Below, in pieces: positions 27,416 to 38,973 of a DNA stretch of 51,731 bases. The stretch covers positions 372,001 through 423,731 of the forward strand of contig JAPEUI010000001.1 of assembly GCA_026025075.1 (NCBI GenBank), given 5' to 3'. The stretch comes from Vezdaea acicularis (taxonomy: Eukaryota). The position numbers and the translations under genes are program-made. The notes below the pieces were generated by a model. The model made no database searches. It saw only the letters and a list, made by a program, of their open reading frames with translations, and was not told where the DNA came from. Numbering within the stretch: position 1 is the stretch's first letter; the number at the start of each line of letters is the position of its first letter.

Positions 27416-28556
27416 ATGATATGCGGCTTCCGAACCCGCGGCCTTCGCCTCCTCCACGGGCATAAGCTTCAATACCGTCATGCGTCCACCAGCAGTGCCT
27501 ATCTGGTGCGCGATCCACCTCCCCCGTCCCTAAACTTCCCCTTTCCTCCGTCCGCCCTTGCCCTACACTGGGATACGACTCCGCCCAGTCCTACTGCCCT
27601 CACCGCAGCAACTTCTCTCTTCACATGCCCTTCGCGCCTCCGCTGGGTCGCTCGATATTATCGCGAAGTCCCGTACCATGATCTACCAGAAGTGGCCTTC
27701 CTTTCGCGCAGCAACAGCGGGAAATCGTCGTTGATCAATGCGCTAATGGGAAAGAGTAGTAGCAACAAGCTGAGGCAGGGTATTGCGCGGACGGGCTCAA
27801 AGGCGGGTGTGACGAAGTTGCTACAAGGCTTTGAGATCGGAGTCGACAATGTGGAAGGGGGAAGGGGGAAGTTGGTCTTGGTCGATACGATAGGGTATGG
27901 TTATAAGGGATGGATGACTGAAGGTAATGAGATCGAGAAGTTTCTGATGAAGAGGAAGCAGTTAGTTTCGATCCCGGATACTCCATCGTAACGAGCTTTG
28001 GCTGACGAGAGATAGACTGAAGCGCGTATTCGTCCTGATCAATGCCGAGCATGGTCTCAAAGATACGGATCTGCGGATCCTTGCTATGTTGCGCGAGGGA
28101 CAGGTCTCACATCAGATCATCTTATCGAAAGTTGATAGAATCCTTTTCCCGCATACTAACACGAGTGCAAAAGGGGTAGAGGCTGGCATCCATAGGCTCA
28201 AGCAGATCATGGAGGAATTGAGGCCTACAATTCAGCCGGAAGGCCGGACACAAGGGCCTCCTGCGCTTGGGGAAATAATTGCATGTGCGACAAGAGGCAG
28301 AGGAGGACTACTAGGGATCGACACCGTTAGATGGGCGGTCTGCCGTGCGGTAGGTCTGGAAGGCGTTAGAGGTAGTAAGGCTAGAAGAGCTAGGGGCTTA
28401 CAAGATCTTGTGCAAGAAGGTGACGATGAAATAGAAGAAGAAGATGGCGAAGGGAACCTTGATGGGTATGATGAAGTGGAACCAGACTTGGAAGAACAGA
28501 GACCTCACGTGAACAATGCTACCAAGCAGTGGACTCCCGTATCGTTGCGCAGATAA
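27416..28556 (+). CDS. EngB/YihA/YsxC-type GTP-binding protein, probably mitochondrial (Mrx8-like)
   Basis: LPEVAFL-SRSNSGKSSLINAL (G1), GVT (G2), DTIGYG (G3), SKVD (G4). Arg-rich presequence-like N-terminus; one intron ~27961-28015. Confidence 0.88.
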
Positions 28557-29009
28557 ATCGGAACCAGACTTCACACTTCGAATTCAGTGGTCAAGCCCAC
28601 ATTAACCCTGGCACTGGAGCATACTTCCAATCTTCACGACGCGAATTCAGGGTTTTATCACAACTGCTTCCAGTCACCTGAGATGAAGAACTATGAGCTT
28701 CTCCACCGCACAACGCATGTTTAACTTCCAGGGGTACCCCCTCAAACACCTCGTTCCTACGGTATTCTGAGCGTTAATGCGGGAAAAGGAGAAGTACTGA
28801 AAAAAGGTGTGATAAAAACCTGCGATGTAAGTTCTGACGCCTTGTCCATATGCTTTCCTCAGCTGACACAGCCTGAAGCCCAAATCCATGCTTCCAGAAC
28901 CTATCGCCCACTACGCTCCTACTTGCTAAGCCCACCATCAACCATAACGTCAAAGACCCTCCAAAGTTCGAGAAGGCCGCTTGTAGAAGCGCCGAGAAAA
29001 ACACCTAAG

Positions 29010-29234
29010 ATGTATATCCAACGCCTTGGCCCGAGGTTTTACTCACCTTCATACGCCTCTAATCAGCCATCCGACAGCCATCGGCAGGGCCAGGAACTTT
29101 TCTACATTGCGGGACTGATTTTCGGCATTTTTGTCCTCCTCCTGTCATGCAGCGTCATCAAGGCTTATTGCAATCGACGACGGACCCTTCCAAGCTCAGA
29201 GTGCCACTCGAAGTGGTATGAGAACGAGAATTAG
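29010..29234 (+). CDS. Putative 74-aa single-pass membrane microprotein
   Basis: ATG in AAGATG context; hydrophobic LFYIAGLIFGIFVLLLSCSVI followed by KAYCNRRR; canonical-looking intron upstream at 28827-28871. Confidence 0.4.
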   Translation: MYIQRLGPRFYSPSYASNQPSDSHRQGQELFYIAGLIFGIFVLLLSCSVIKAYCNRRRTLPSSECHSKWYENEN

Positions 29235-29369
29235 ACTGTAAAGTAGGTGGATGGTCGCTAAGTGGGAGGACGCGATGTCAGCAGGACTAAACGCTGCCAG
29301 CGAGGTCTTCGAGAGTAAAGGCCTCATAGAGTGGAAATATCGGTGAATAATATCTGATAGCTCCTTCTA

Positions 29370-30242
29370 CTAACGCGTTGCGAACTCTTGCTCGCCAGGC
29401 TGTTTCCTTGCTGCGAAAAGATAATTTCCATATTTCTCCCCACCACTGACCTCCTTCCATCCCAATCCTGGCACGTAGAATAGCCCTGTTGCCCTCGGCG
29501 AAGTCCAGCCCCTCTTTGTAAACCACTCCCGCAGCTCGTCCTCATTTATGTATTGTGTCCAATCGTGTGTGCCCCTCGGTATGATCCTTGCAATATCCTC
29601 TGCCACCAGCTTCGTCGTGAACCAGCTCGTCCACGTCCGCGCTATGGTGCTCATGACTATCCAGCCGCCCGGTTTGACGAAGGGAAGGCAGGAGGAGAGG
29701 AAGGGAGAGGGGTGCGATATGTGTTCGATCACTTCGAAGAGGGTCACAATGTCATATTGCTCTTCTGGACCTTTGGGGAGGGGGAGGTCTTCGATTGTCT
29801 TGTTGAGGTAGCTGAGTTTGCCTTCGGACTGTAGTGAAGGGTCTTGTCGGGCATGTTCTTCGGCGACGGCAAGGACTTCGGGACTGGGATCGAGACCGAG
29901 CACCGCAGATGTATGAGGTAGGCGCGCGGCGCTCTCCGTGAACACTCCCCCGCCACAGCCAACGTCGAGGTATCGCAGGCCAGAGGTTGGAGCAGCAGGC
30001 GTTTGTGACTTGAGGCAGGACCTTATAAAGTCATGTCGGTGCGGGTTCATCTGTTGGAGGATTCGCGAGGGTCCTTGAGGGTCCCACCATGTTGACGCGA
30101 GGGCATTGAAGTGGGAGACTTCTGTCGGATTTACAGAGGTTGAAGTGGTCGAAGTGGTCGAATTGCTTCGTAGAGGGCCTGGAGTCTGCCTGAAGATAGA
30201 AGGTGCGTTCCGGAAGGAGGTAAATCGGAAATATGAGAGCAT
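29370..30242 (-). CDS. COQ3: Ubiquinone biosynthesis O-methyltransferase
   Basis: EVSHFNALASTWWD, SAM motif LDVGCGGG, FEVIEH, STIART, PRGTHDW. Mitochondrial presequence-like MLSYFRFTSFR at 30242; an in-frame upstream ATG near 30305 is also possible. Confidence 0.95.
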   Translation of the reverse strand: MLSYFRFTSFRNAPSIFRQTPGPLRSNSTTSTTSTSVNPTEVSHFNALASTWWDPQGPSRILQQMNPHRHDFIRSCLKSQTPAAPTSGLRYLDVGCGGGVFTESAARLPHTSAVLGLDPSPEVLAVAEEHARQDPSLQSEGKLSYLNKTIEDLPLPKGPEEQYDIVTLFEVIEHISHPSPFLSSCLPFVKPGGWIVMSTIARTWTSWFTTKLVAEDIARIIPRGTHDWTQYINEDELREWFTKRGWTSPRATGLFYVPGLGWKEVSGGEKYGNYLFAARKQPGEQEFATR

Positions 30243-30428
30243 GGTGTTGGACCTTGTTGCAGATGTAGAAATCGGTTGTCTCGTTGTCGATTCCGAAGAC
30301 ATCATGACCGAGGCCCAAAATTTCTCGCCAATCCGCACTCAGCTCTTCAATCACCATCACAATTTCACCTCCGCCGAAGAGCAGCCCCTACAATACTCGG
30401 GAAGTGTCCCTCAATCCGCTAATAAGTA

Positions 30429-30752
30429 ATGTCTGGCCAACACGCCCCGCAGCTACGCTCTATCTACCGCTCAATCCTACGCGAGTTACCCTCGCGGCCC
30501 ATCTCGAAGCCCACTCCCGTCCACCAGCGCATTCGATCCGCCTTCAAAGCCCCTTCCACCTCAGACATGCAACACACAATCCTAGAAGCGCAGCAATACG
30601 TTACTTATTTACGATCGCAGCGTATGTACGCTACTCTGCTCGAGAGATACAATCCCGGGATGGGTGTCGATGAGGAGGAGCGGGTTAGGCTAACGGCAAG
30701 GAGGGTGGGGATGGATTTACCGGAGGAGTGGGAGGCGGAGAAGAAAGAGTAG
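30429..30752 (+). CDS. FMC1: Mitochondrial ATP synthase assembly factor Fmc1 (LYR family)
   Basis: LRSIYRSILREL (LYR-like), YLRSQRMYATLLERYNPG, RVRLTARRVG.DLP. Confidence 0.9.
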   Translation: MSGQHAPQLRSIYRSILRELPSRPISKPTPVHQRIRSAFKAPSTSDMQHTILEAQQYVTYLRSQRMYATLLERYNPGMGVDEEERVRLTARRVGMDLPEEWEAEKKE

Positions 30753-31285
30753 ACGTAGTAGATAGAAGGGGGCTAAGAGTGTAGAAGTTGAGTCGTTGGG
30801 GAGAAGGCAACTATATATTAGGCATGGAGACGGAGCAGAGCATCGGTTTTGAGGCGTCTGGAACCCAGTAGTCATTCAACTTCTACAGTCATTGCAGGCA
30901 AGGGATACTGTCTCATGATATTCATTTGGCTAAGGACGTATATACGTAAGCAGGAATGGACCGCTGCTAGCTTTAAGGGTATAAACACCACCCCACCATC
31001 GCCTCGACATGCAGCTAATAGACCGACGACCGAGTCATGCAAGAGCCAAAAGAATCTAGTCGCCAGGATGAATGAATGGATGAGAACCCAAAAGGGAGAT
31101 AGCGTGGTGGATCCCAGCCACAGCTATCTGATACCTAAACTGCTGTATGCCCGGAGCAACTCCTGGTGGTTGAAATGTAATGATAACGCTTCCTTAATAA
31201 TCAATGGTTATCCGAAGAAACTCGACTTATTAAAAACAATTGGCCGCAATTGATCTGCTGTTTGTCAGGGCTAAGCGGTTTGGGG

Positions 31286-34200
31286 CTAGCCCATCGTCAT
31301 ATCTTCAGCGATAATGTTGTCCTCCAGATCACTTGGAGACTCTATCGTTTCGTTTCCGTCGACGTCTACCACAATGCGCCTACCTAGATTTTCCGGTTTG
31401 ACGCCATCACGAGATGCCCCAAAATCAAGAACCTTCATGAGATTTTAGCATGTATAATAAGGCATGTTCGTCTTGTGGATGAATCTTACCTCAATGTATG
31501 TTAAATTATCGCGTTGGACAGCAGCAACACACCGCCTTGCATTGAATTTAACTTGCCAGACGCCGCTAAGGTCATGAAGAAGATCTCGTACACACTCTCC
31601 TGTCTTAACATCCCACATCTTCAGGGTTCGGTCAGAGCCGGAGATGACTTTCTGCCAATCGTGCTGAAAACAGGTGATTGCCCCAGTATGGGCTGTTAGC
31701 GTGCTTTTGCACTGGCCGTTCTCAGGATCCCATATTCGAAGTGTCGAGTCGGCGGCAGCGGAGACCAGCCGATCGTAACTGAGGTCTAGAAGGCCGACTA
31801 GGGATGTGTGCCCTTCGAGGTTGAAGAGACATTGTCCTGTCTCTAGGTTCCAGACCTTGACGAACGTATCCATTGATCCGCTGATACAGCGGTTCCGCTC
31901 ATGATCGAGGACAACGCTGTAAACCTTCTGTGTATGGCCGAGCAGTCGGTGCACAGTCTCTCCTGTCGAGATCTTCCAAACTCTTACTGTACAGTCATAG
32001 CTCCCGCTTACAAGCGTGTCACCGTGAGCGGCTATAGCGCGAACTGAGTGATGGTGACCCGTCAACGTACGCACAAAATACGGACAATCGGCATCGTTTG
32101 CTGGTGCACCAACCGCCATGTAGTCGCGGTCTCCTAGCTGTGGTAGCCTCCAAACTCTTAGGTTTGAATCGCGTGAGCCAGTGATGACCAACGGTTGTTT
32201 CGGCGACATCATTGACCGGCCATCTGCAGTCTTGTGAATTTCTGTGGGCATGAGTATTTGTAAACATCGGACAGTAGAGGTGTGCCCTTGGAATACTTGA
32301 GTACAACGACCAGCCTCTATATCCCATACCCTTACCGAGCGGTCGGTCGATCCAGATACCAGGACATTGCCATAATATTGCAAGGCCCAAACCCCCCCCT
32401 CGTGACCAGCTAGCATCTTTCGCAGCTTGCCTGTTTTGGTTTCGTAAACATTGATGTTAGTGTCATCGCTTCCGGTGATGATCTTTTCAGTGTCGAACTG
32501 CAGACAGGTGACAACGTGCCGATCATGAGCTCTGAAGGCGATGTGTTGAGGCTGGACTTCGTCCTGCATCCAACACTGCCTTACGAGGTGATGTCGTCGA
32601 TAGATGGACTTGTAAAGATGAAGATTACGAAGACTGGATAACCCTATTGGGGGATTTGTGACAGCTTCTGCGGCTGCGGCTGCGGCAGCGTATGGTCCTT
32701 CTGCCTCGATCGCTTCATTCAGTTCTCTCGTGTCAACGAGCATGCTTCTGTCCTGACGTTTGATGGATTCTTTCCTTCTCGGATGCTTCCGGGTCGAATA
32801 CTTTGAAGTCACCTTTCTTCTCGGTCTACTAGGAGCTTGATTCGAGGGCTGGTTCCCAGTCGCGATGGAAGATATGTCCAGGTTGAGTTGGGTGGAATCA
32901 TCAATTCCTAGCCGAAGAGGTGCAGGTGAGGGGCTTTTACGTCCAGGCAGCAGGCTAAGATCTTTCTCGTAATTTTCCGAACCAATGGAGGGCTGCCACC
33001 CCCAACCTTCCTTGATCGCTCGCCTCAACTCACCTTCTGGCAAGACAAACCCCTCCTCATCGAAAAGTTGTTTCCAAACTCTCTCATCTGAGTCTATTAT
33101 TTGCCTCCAGCGTCGCGAAACCTGCGCGGCACGACATAGGCTTTTGGCATCGAGATATCGTATTATGTTCAGGCTTAGCTCCAGGGGAAAAAGGGTCAGG
33201 AAGTCGATTTTGAGGGCCGGGTTCACTGCGTCAGCAACGACATGGAGGGTAGATTTGGCTGACCGCCGAAGAAGCTGGAACAACACATAAGTCTGCATTT
33301 CTGCAGGCATGGCTTCATAGGAATCAATTAGCATAGGAATGTCCATCAAGCTCGGTGTTGGAAGTTGGTCGTTCGAGGCGTCAATCTCAGAGGGCTTTCG
33401 AATTGCGAGTGCTCGCTCTCGTGAAGGATGTATATTTAGGGACGATGGTGGCCGCTGTTCTTCTGTGATGTCGGTTCGCTGAGAGATCCCTAATTCGAGC
33501 GTCGACACGTTGTCTTCATCGTCCTCACTCATGTTGTATGGGAGTAATTGGGTTCCGAAATTGTGTGCTGCTGTAATAGGTGAGAGGCTTGGGCTTGGCA
33601 AACTTATGTCCTGAGCCGCCGTAGTAATCAGAGAGGGAAGTATAGGAGGGTTGGTAACTCCAATGAGCTGCTCCTGGGGATCAGCTGGTTGAAGATCTGT
33701 ATCTGCAATTGGAGGCGTCGCTGTGGCTACACTTATTGCTGCGGCTGTCATGCCGTGTTCCCTCGCTCTACTGGGTACCACGTTGGGTTCGCCGAGCCCT
33801 TCGTGTTCATCTTCCCCCAATGATGCATTTTGTGCGGCGCCGCTGATAGATAGTAAAGTAAACTGGTCATCTTGAGTTTCATGTTCTGGAGATTGAGGGG
33901 ATCGCTGTACGTTAGCCAGGCGGTGAGTAGCTCGTCGTTGTGAGCCGAGGTTGGTAATATCATGTGTCGCAGTAGAAGCAAGATCGGATGCATCGGGAGT
34001 AGTCGGTGTTGTAGATTGAAACAATCCTGGGTTATGCCCGTCCCACCCATTTGCTGTACGATCTTCGTTGATGTGGGATACGCCTCTTAGGCTCCGCCGC
34101 TTTTTATTAGTAGAGTTTTGCTGGAGCCGAGCTCGCTCGGCTGCCTCCGAGATCGATACTGGAGAAGCTGCACGCTTCCTAGACTTCGTTGATAAACCTG

Positions 34201-34896
34201 GAGTTAATATTTGATCTGCGTTGTGAGTGCCCTGTGATCCTAGATGATGTGGTTTAGGCGTCTCATATAACGGTTCGTGCCTCGTGACTGATCGAATTAT
34301 GCCCTTAGCTTTCAAGTCCTGGTGTTTTCTTTGATACTAAGCCGTTGAAATCAAATTAGCTGAACCTTCTCGTTCGCTAGTAGCCTTTGTGAAGTGAGGG
34401 TGAAGTGCGTGATTCAAAATGATAAATTGAGGATACGTACTTGTTGCAATGATTCCAACGGATCTTCCTCTTCCTTGAAGAAGGTTGGTTTCCCGTCGAG
34501 GTCAAAGCAAAATCTCTTAATAGATGGAGGGGTGGGGGTAGAGGCAAGGGGATAAAGCTTTGGATCTAGTTCGTGTAGACAACGAGGAGCTTTCATAAGC
34601 AATGGAGGGAATGATGTAGTCGTTGTCGTTGTGGTCGTAACGACAGTCGTTTGCGTTGCAGGAGCATATGACAGCTGTCCAACTGTACCATATGGTGAAG
34701 CCCCCCATGACTCTTTCCGCAAACTCGTCTCTTGGCTTGTTGAGCTGGGCGTCCAGGAACTCACGTTGCTAGTTGAAGCTAAAGGGGATTTCGAAGGTAT
34801 AGATGATCGCGAAGAGCGGAAAGATTCAGTCTGGGAGTACTGCAGGTCTTTCGAATCGTCATGCCGCGATATCGGTCGCAACGGAGGCTCCATCAT
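31286..34896 (-). CDS. CDC4: SCF F-box/WD40 substrate adaptor Cdc4
   Basis: F-box (DFLTLFPLELSLNIIRYLD...AAQVSRRW) and WD40 repeats (HVVTCLQFD, GHEGGVWAL, GHTSTVRCL). Introns ~34440-34337 and ~31489-31433; last exon VLDFGA...TMG*. Confidence 0.94.
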
Positions 34897-35530
34897 GTAG
34901 TTGTTGGCTGAGAATACCGTTAAACGCGCGAGGATGACACGAGATCGATCCGAGTTTAGCGCGTCGGAGGATGAGGAGATGGAAGAGGGTTAAGGACCGC
35001 GGTTACTCTTACAAAGTCGCCCACTGTACGGATAGACATCGAAGGTGCATTTCTAGCAGTAGGTGTTCTATGTTGGAGACTGTATTCGCGATGAATTTGT
35101 GGGTTGGAACTCGTTGTCCAATATGTTGTCAGAGGGAGCTGAAGTTTAACGGGCTACAACATCGGAGTTGTCGGCACGGCTATTCAGCTCTGTTGATGGC
35201 AGATTTAGTGGAGTCGGATGAGAGATCAAGTGTGAACGAAAGGAAAACCAAACAGATAGAGTGGAGATGGGCCCTTCGACGGGACGCTGTAGACGGGGAA
35301 AGGAAGGAAGAGTGGAGGCGACCTCCAGTCTTCCGCACCGGTCACGTTGTGTGGGTGGCTGTAACGAGGGGCTGGTTATGATGACCGAACGCTTTTTTGG
35401 GGAGGCGACAGCATAAGCGAGAGACTTTCTCCTCTGCGCTGCTGCCTCACTCAACTGCCTCTCTCAAGTTCGACCGACCTTGCAGTAAAACAAATCGACA
35501 GAAACGGCAGTGACGAGAAGTTATCATTTT

Positions 35531-35556
35531 TATAATTATAATTATAATTATAATAT
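35531..35556. repeat. (TATAAT)4 AT-only self-complementary repeat
   Basis: TATAATTATAATTATAATTATAATAT, upstream of CDC4 and downstream of the DUF1295 gene. Confidence 0.85.
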
Positions 35557-35963
35557 GTCCAACATTCTAGATATCCACCTCGTACAAGTGCCGTTGGGCG
35601 ACGTGTCGCATGCACCAAAACCCTTGTGTTCTGGCCGCCTGTACGACCCTGCGGGCGTTTTATCGAATTGCCATTCTTGATTGCTGTCGCTGGTGGGAAT
35701 GTGAGGACTGGGACCGGGAATTTCTTTAGAATTTCTCAAGTCGGATGTCTCACTAGTACTATTGGGCCCTTGAGGGATTTCTATATTCCGGTGACTTGAT
35801 GACCGCAACTACTTGGCGTCTATTGATATAGGAGACCATCTCACTAAGACTGCCTGATTTGAAGAACCCGAATCAGATATTTCACTCATTTTTGTTTGCA
35901 CCCCAACGCGCCTATCATGGTGATTTTTACAGAAAGAGGGCCTTAGGTCAAATCTGATGGATC

Positions 35964-37032
35964 TCAAAACTTGGGAAAGAATACTGGGGTGTTCTTTTTC
36001 CATTCCTGGTAATCCTTACGATCTCCATATTTCTTGTCGTATTTCTTCTCGCTGAGGGGAATTCCGGAAACCTGTTATATCAGTATCAGTCAGCATATTG
36101 AGGCGAAGCGAATTTAGGAACTCGACGGACCTTGAAAAGCAGGAGTGTCACAAATGCAGGGCTCACACCAGCCATTGCAGCCGCAAGTAGTCTGCCTCCA
36201 AGAGACCCTGCGAGGCCCATTCCAACTTGTCCTACATTACTTGTCATCACCCCAGCTGCAACAGTCGCAATGCCCGTCCACAACGTGGCTTCTCCAAAGT
36301 AGTTTGGATGGCGACTTTTGCTCCAGAGCCCTCTAGTCAAGAAGTCTTCACTATGCTTCTTTTCCCTCTTTTCTTGAACCCATTGGTTCTTTTGTCTATC
36401 TGCAGTCACTTCAAAACTCAATCCGCCGATATACAACAGAATACCCAGGATATCAGTTAGCATGAGAGCTGGCAGACCGGCTAGAAGGCTTGACGGTATG
36501 GAGTTGACAGCAAGTACTGGCATTAGGCACAGGGACACCCAGGTTGCCTGTGCCATGAATGCACCAAAGAATTGAGGTGGTGATTTCTTAATTTCGTCAA
36601 ACCGGGAGTCCGAGCCATCTTTGGAGATTCTTTGGAATAAGAAAGTACCCACTGATAGTTTTAGCTCTTAGGTGTTCAATTAAAGGCCTGCGTAAACCTA
36701 CGTCTTGTAGCCCAGATGGAAACTGCTGCGCTAAGGACAACTTGTCTCCAGTTCAAGGAACCTGCGGCGAGTCCGAGTAAACCTGGTGCAGCAGCTGCTG
36801 AACCTGCCGCTGCCATCTTGACCCGGTAAGCCGGAAGCATCAGGCTCAGCGCTGTGCATGACAGGTATGTGAGAGAACCCGAGAGGTCATAGTATCTTTC
36901 GTTCCTCGTAAGAATTGAAGGTATCGCGACGGCCGTCTGCAAGCCATACGCAACACCTAGTGCGGGAACCAAATTGCGTAGAAACGGGTTTTTGAAGTTC
37001 GTGAGGTGTAGCATGGAAGATATTAAAGTCAT
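35964..37032 (-). CDS. DUF1295 / steroid 5-alpha-reductase-like membrane protein
   Basis: ERYYDLSGS, DSRFDEIK, EVTADRQK, GLWSKSRHPNYFGE, VSGIPLSE...YQEWKKNTPVFFP; two introns. Confidence 0.88.
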
Positions 37033-38600
37033 TGTCAAGAATAGTGCTTGGGACGCTCGAAATTGTAAGAATACAGCTCTTTGTCAAGGAGAGAAAATGT
37101 TTAAGTATCTCTTCGATGACGCTCAGTATATCGGCACTCGGAATATCCAACGCGCCGACCCGCAACCGCGCTAACCCAAAATGGATAGAAATATCCGACA
37201 ACGTTCTATATACTGGGTCGACATGTCTGAATGGTACGACGAAGTAGGAGAAATATATTGACATGACCAAAATGGATACCTTTAGTCTCTACATACCTGC
37301 GACACTACAAAGCAATGTCACTACGCCTGATCATACGTCCTCGACTGCTTGGATTTTGTTTTGCTTGCAGAAGAGGCTAATTCTCGTGACAGTTGCACGG
37401 CCCTTTTCATACAAGGAAACTTTCCAATAGTGGATACTGGTACTGTCGGTCATCTCCTATGATACCAGATCCATTACATAGCAGACGGTTTGTCATATCA
37501 GCCTCGATAATGAGTCGGGATAGAACCCCCTGTCTGAATCGTAATCATTTTGATATGGCCCAATGGAAAGACTATCTCCTGTCCTAGCCTCAGCATTCGA
37601 GAACCTACGCGTTCTCCTTATCTGTTTCTCATGTTTCATGTATTTGTGCCATTCGGACATGTTGTTAACTCACTTCCATCCTGGCTTCTCCTTTTGTTCT
37701 TGTTGAGCCTTCTTGCAGAAGAAGTCGCGTTACACATGTTGAGTCGGAGTATCGTTCGAGGGAAGCATTGGCCTTGACGCACTATGAAATGTGTACTAGG
37801 CAACCGTCCATGAGCTGCTGCCAGACTCGTAAGTCAGGCGGTATGGAACAGCTAGAGTTCTAGTATATGGTGACCGGTCATTCGACGAGCATGGCATCGA
37901 ACAACACTACCAGCTCTGTCCGACCTACCATCACTCATCTATCGCGATCTCTAGGCGTTTAAATGCTGTGGAATGAGATTCTAGAGACTCCAAGGCTTGT
38001 GGGATTTATTTATCTATTCAGATAATCTTGAATCAAACTTCATTCGCTCGTATCGCCCCATGGCTACGGTGCTTTTCTTTTTGCAAGCTGGCGTTGCCCG
38101 GATAACCCCTTCATCAAGTACCCAAATTATTATCTGCTGGAGCAACACGCAGTTCCCTCGTTCCTACATTTCTTAAGCCCCCTTGGGCTGTCAAGTAGCC
38201 GGTCGGTTCGTCCATCCGGCGGGTCTAACAATCCCTCGTTGCTTTCCTACCGATTTCCCTTCTGATGACGGCATTGGCCTTCTATGAATGCCATCATCGA
38301 GGCCTGTCGGGCCGTTTGAGCATGCAATTTCCGTTCTGGACCGAAGCTTTCCGTTAATTCCGCTCTCCTAATCTTATTATTGTGCCTTCATGCCTCTGCT
38401 GGCCGTTACGAACCGTTGTATACCCGTTTCCACCCTTGCACACCGCCTTCACATGCGGTCATAACAACCTTTTGACCGAAAATGACCGCCTCTAGCCGTC
38501 TCAATCGGCGTATTTACATCCGAACACGCACAAATTCCGTGTTTTGAAATTGCTGCTTCCGTTTGCCAGAGTTCTGCCGTGTTCTAGCGTCCTTGCCTGC

Positions 38601-38610
38601 CTATATAAGA
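38601..38610 (+). promoter_or_regulatory. TATA-like box (CTATATAAGA) with a downstream CT-rich tract, upstream of the peroxidase gene
   Basis: TATATAA followed by a pyrimidine-rich initiator region; probable 5'-UTR intron GTAAGT(38777)...GCTAAC...GCAG(38968), ending 5 nt before the ATG. Confidence 0.55.
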
Positions 38611-38973
38611 CCTCTCATCCTCCCCTCTGAATCCTCTTTCTCTCTCCTCCTTTCACCTTCACACACACTCACTCCTCTGCCTTCCTTCGTCTTGTGCCTT
38701 CGGCAACAAGCTGACCGTTCGCTTCCCTCTGAGTCCCGAATTATCAAGAGTCTAGACCATCGGGTGGTCTAGTTCGGTAAGTTTCTTAAGCTTGAATATT
38801 ATAGAGCCTGCCCATCGTTCATCGCGTTCACTACATCGCTTCAGTCTTTGGTTAACAAGTTTCACTCTTCATCCGCTCACCCTCCCCTTTCTACCCACTG
38901 ATGACTTGTTCATAAGCCTGGCCATTGCTTCCTAAGGCTGAACGTTGCTAACTCTTTACATGTTGCAGAAATC

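Noticed and set aside
38050..38560. TPP riboswitch upstream of the peroxidase
   Set aside because: The conserved aptamer core elements (GCTGAGA and the CCTGA...TAATxC region) were not found in order.
38777..38968. Stwintron (nested intron) in the peroxidase UTR intron; also considered for the RIB3 and CDC4 introns
   Set aside because: Removing candidate internal introns does not rebuild a credible external donor (e.g. GTTTCA, GTCTTT).
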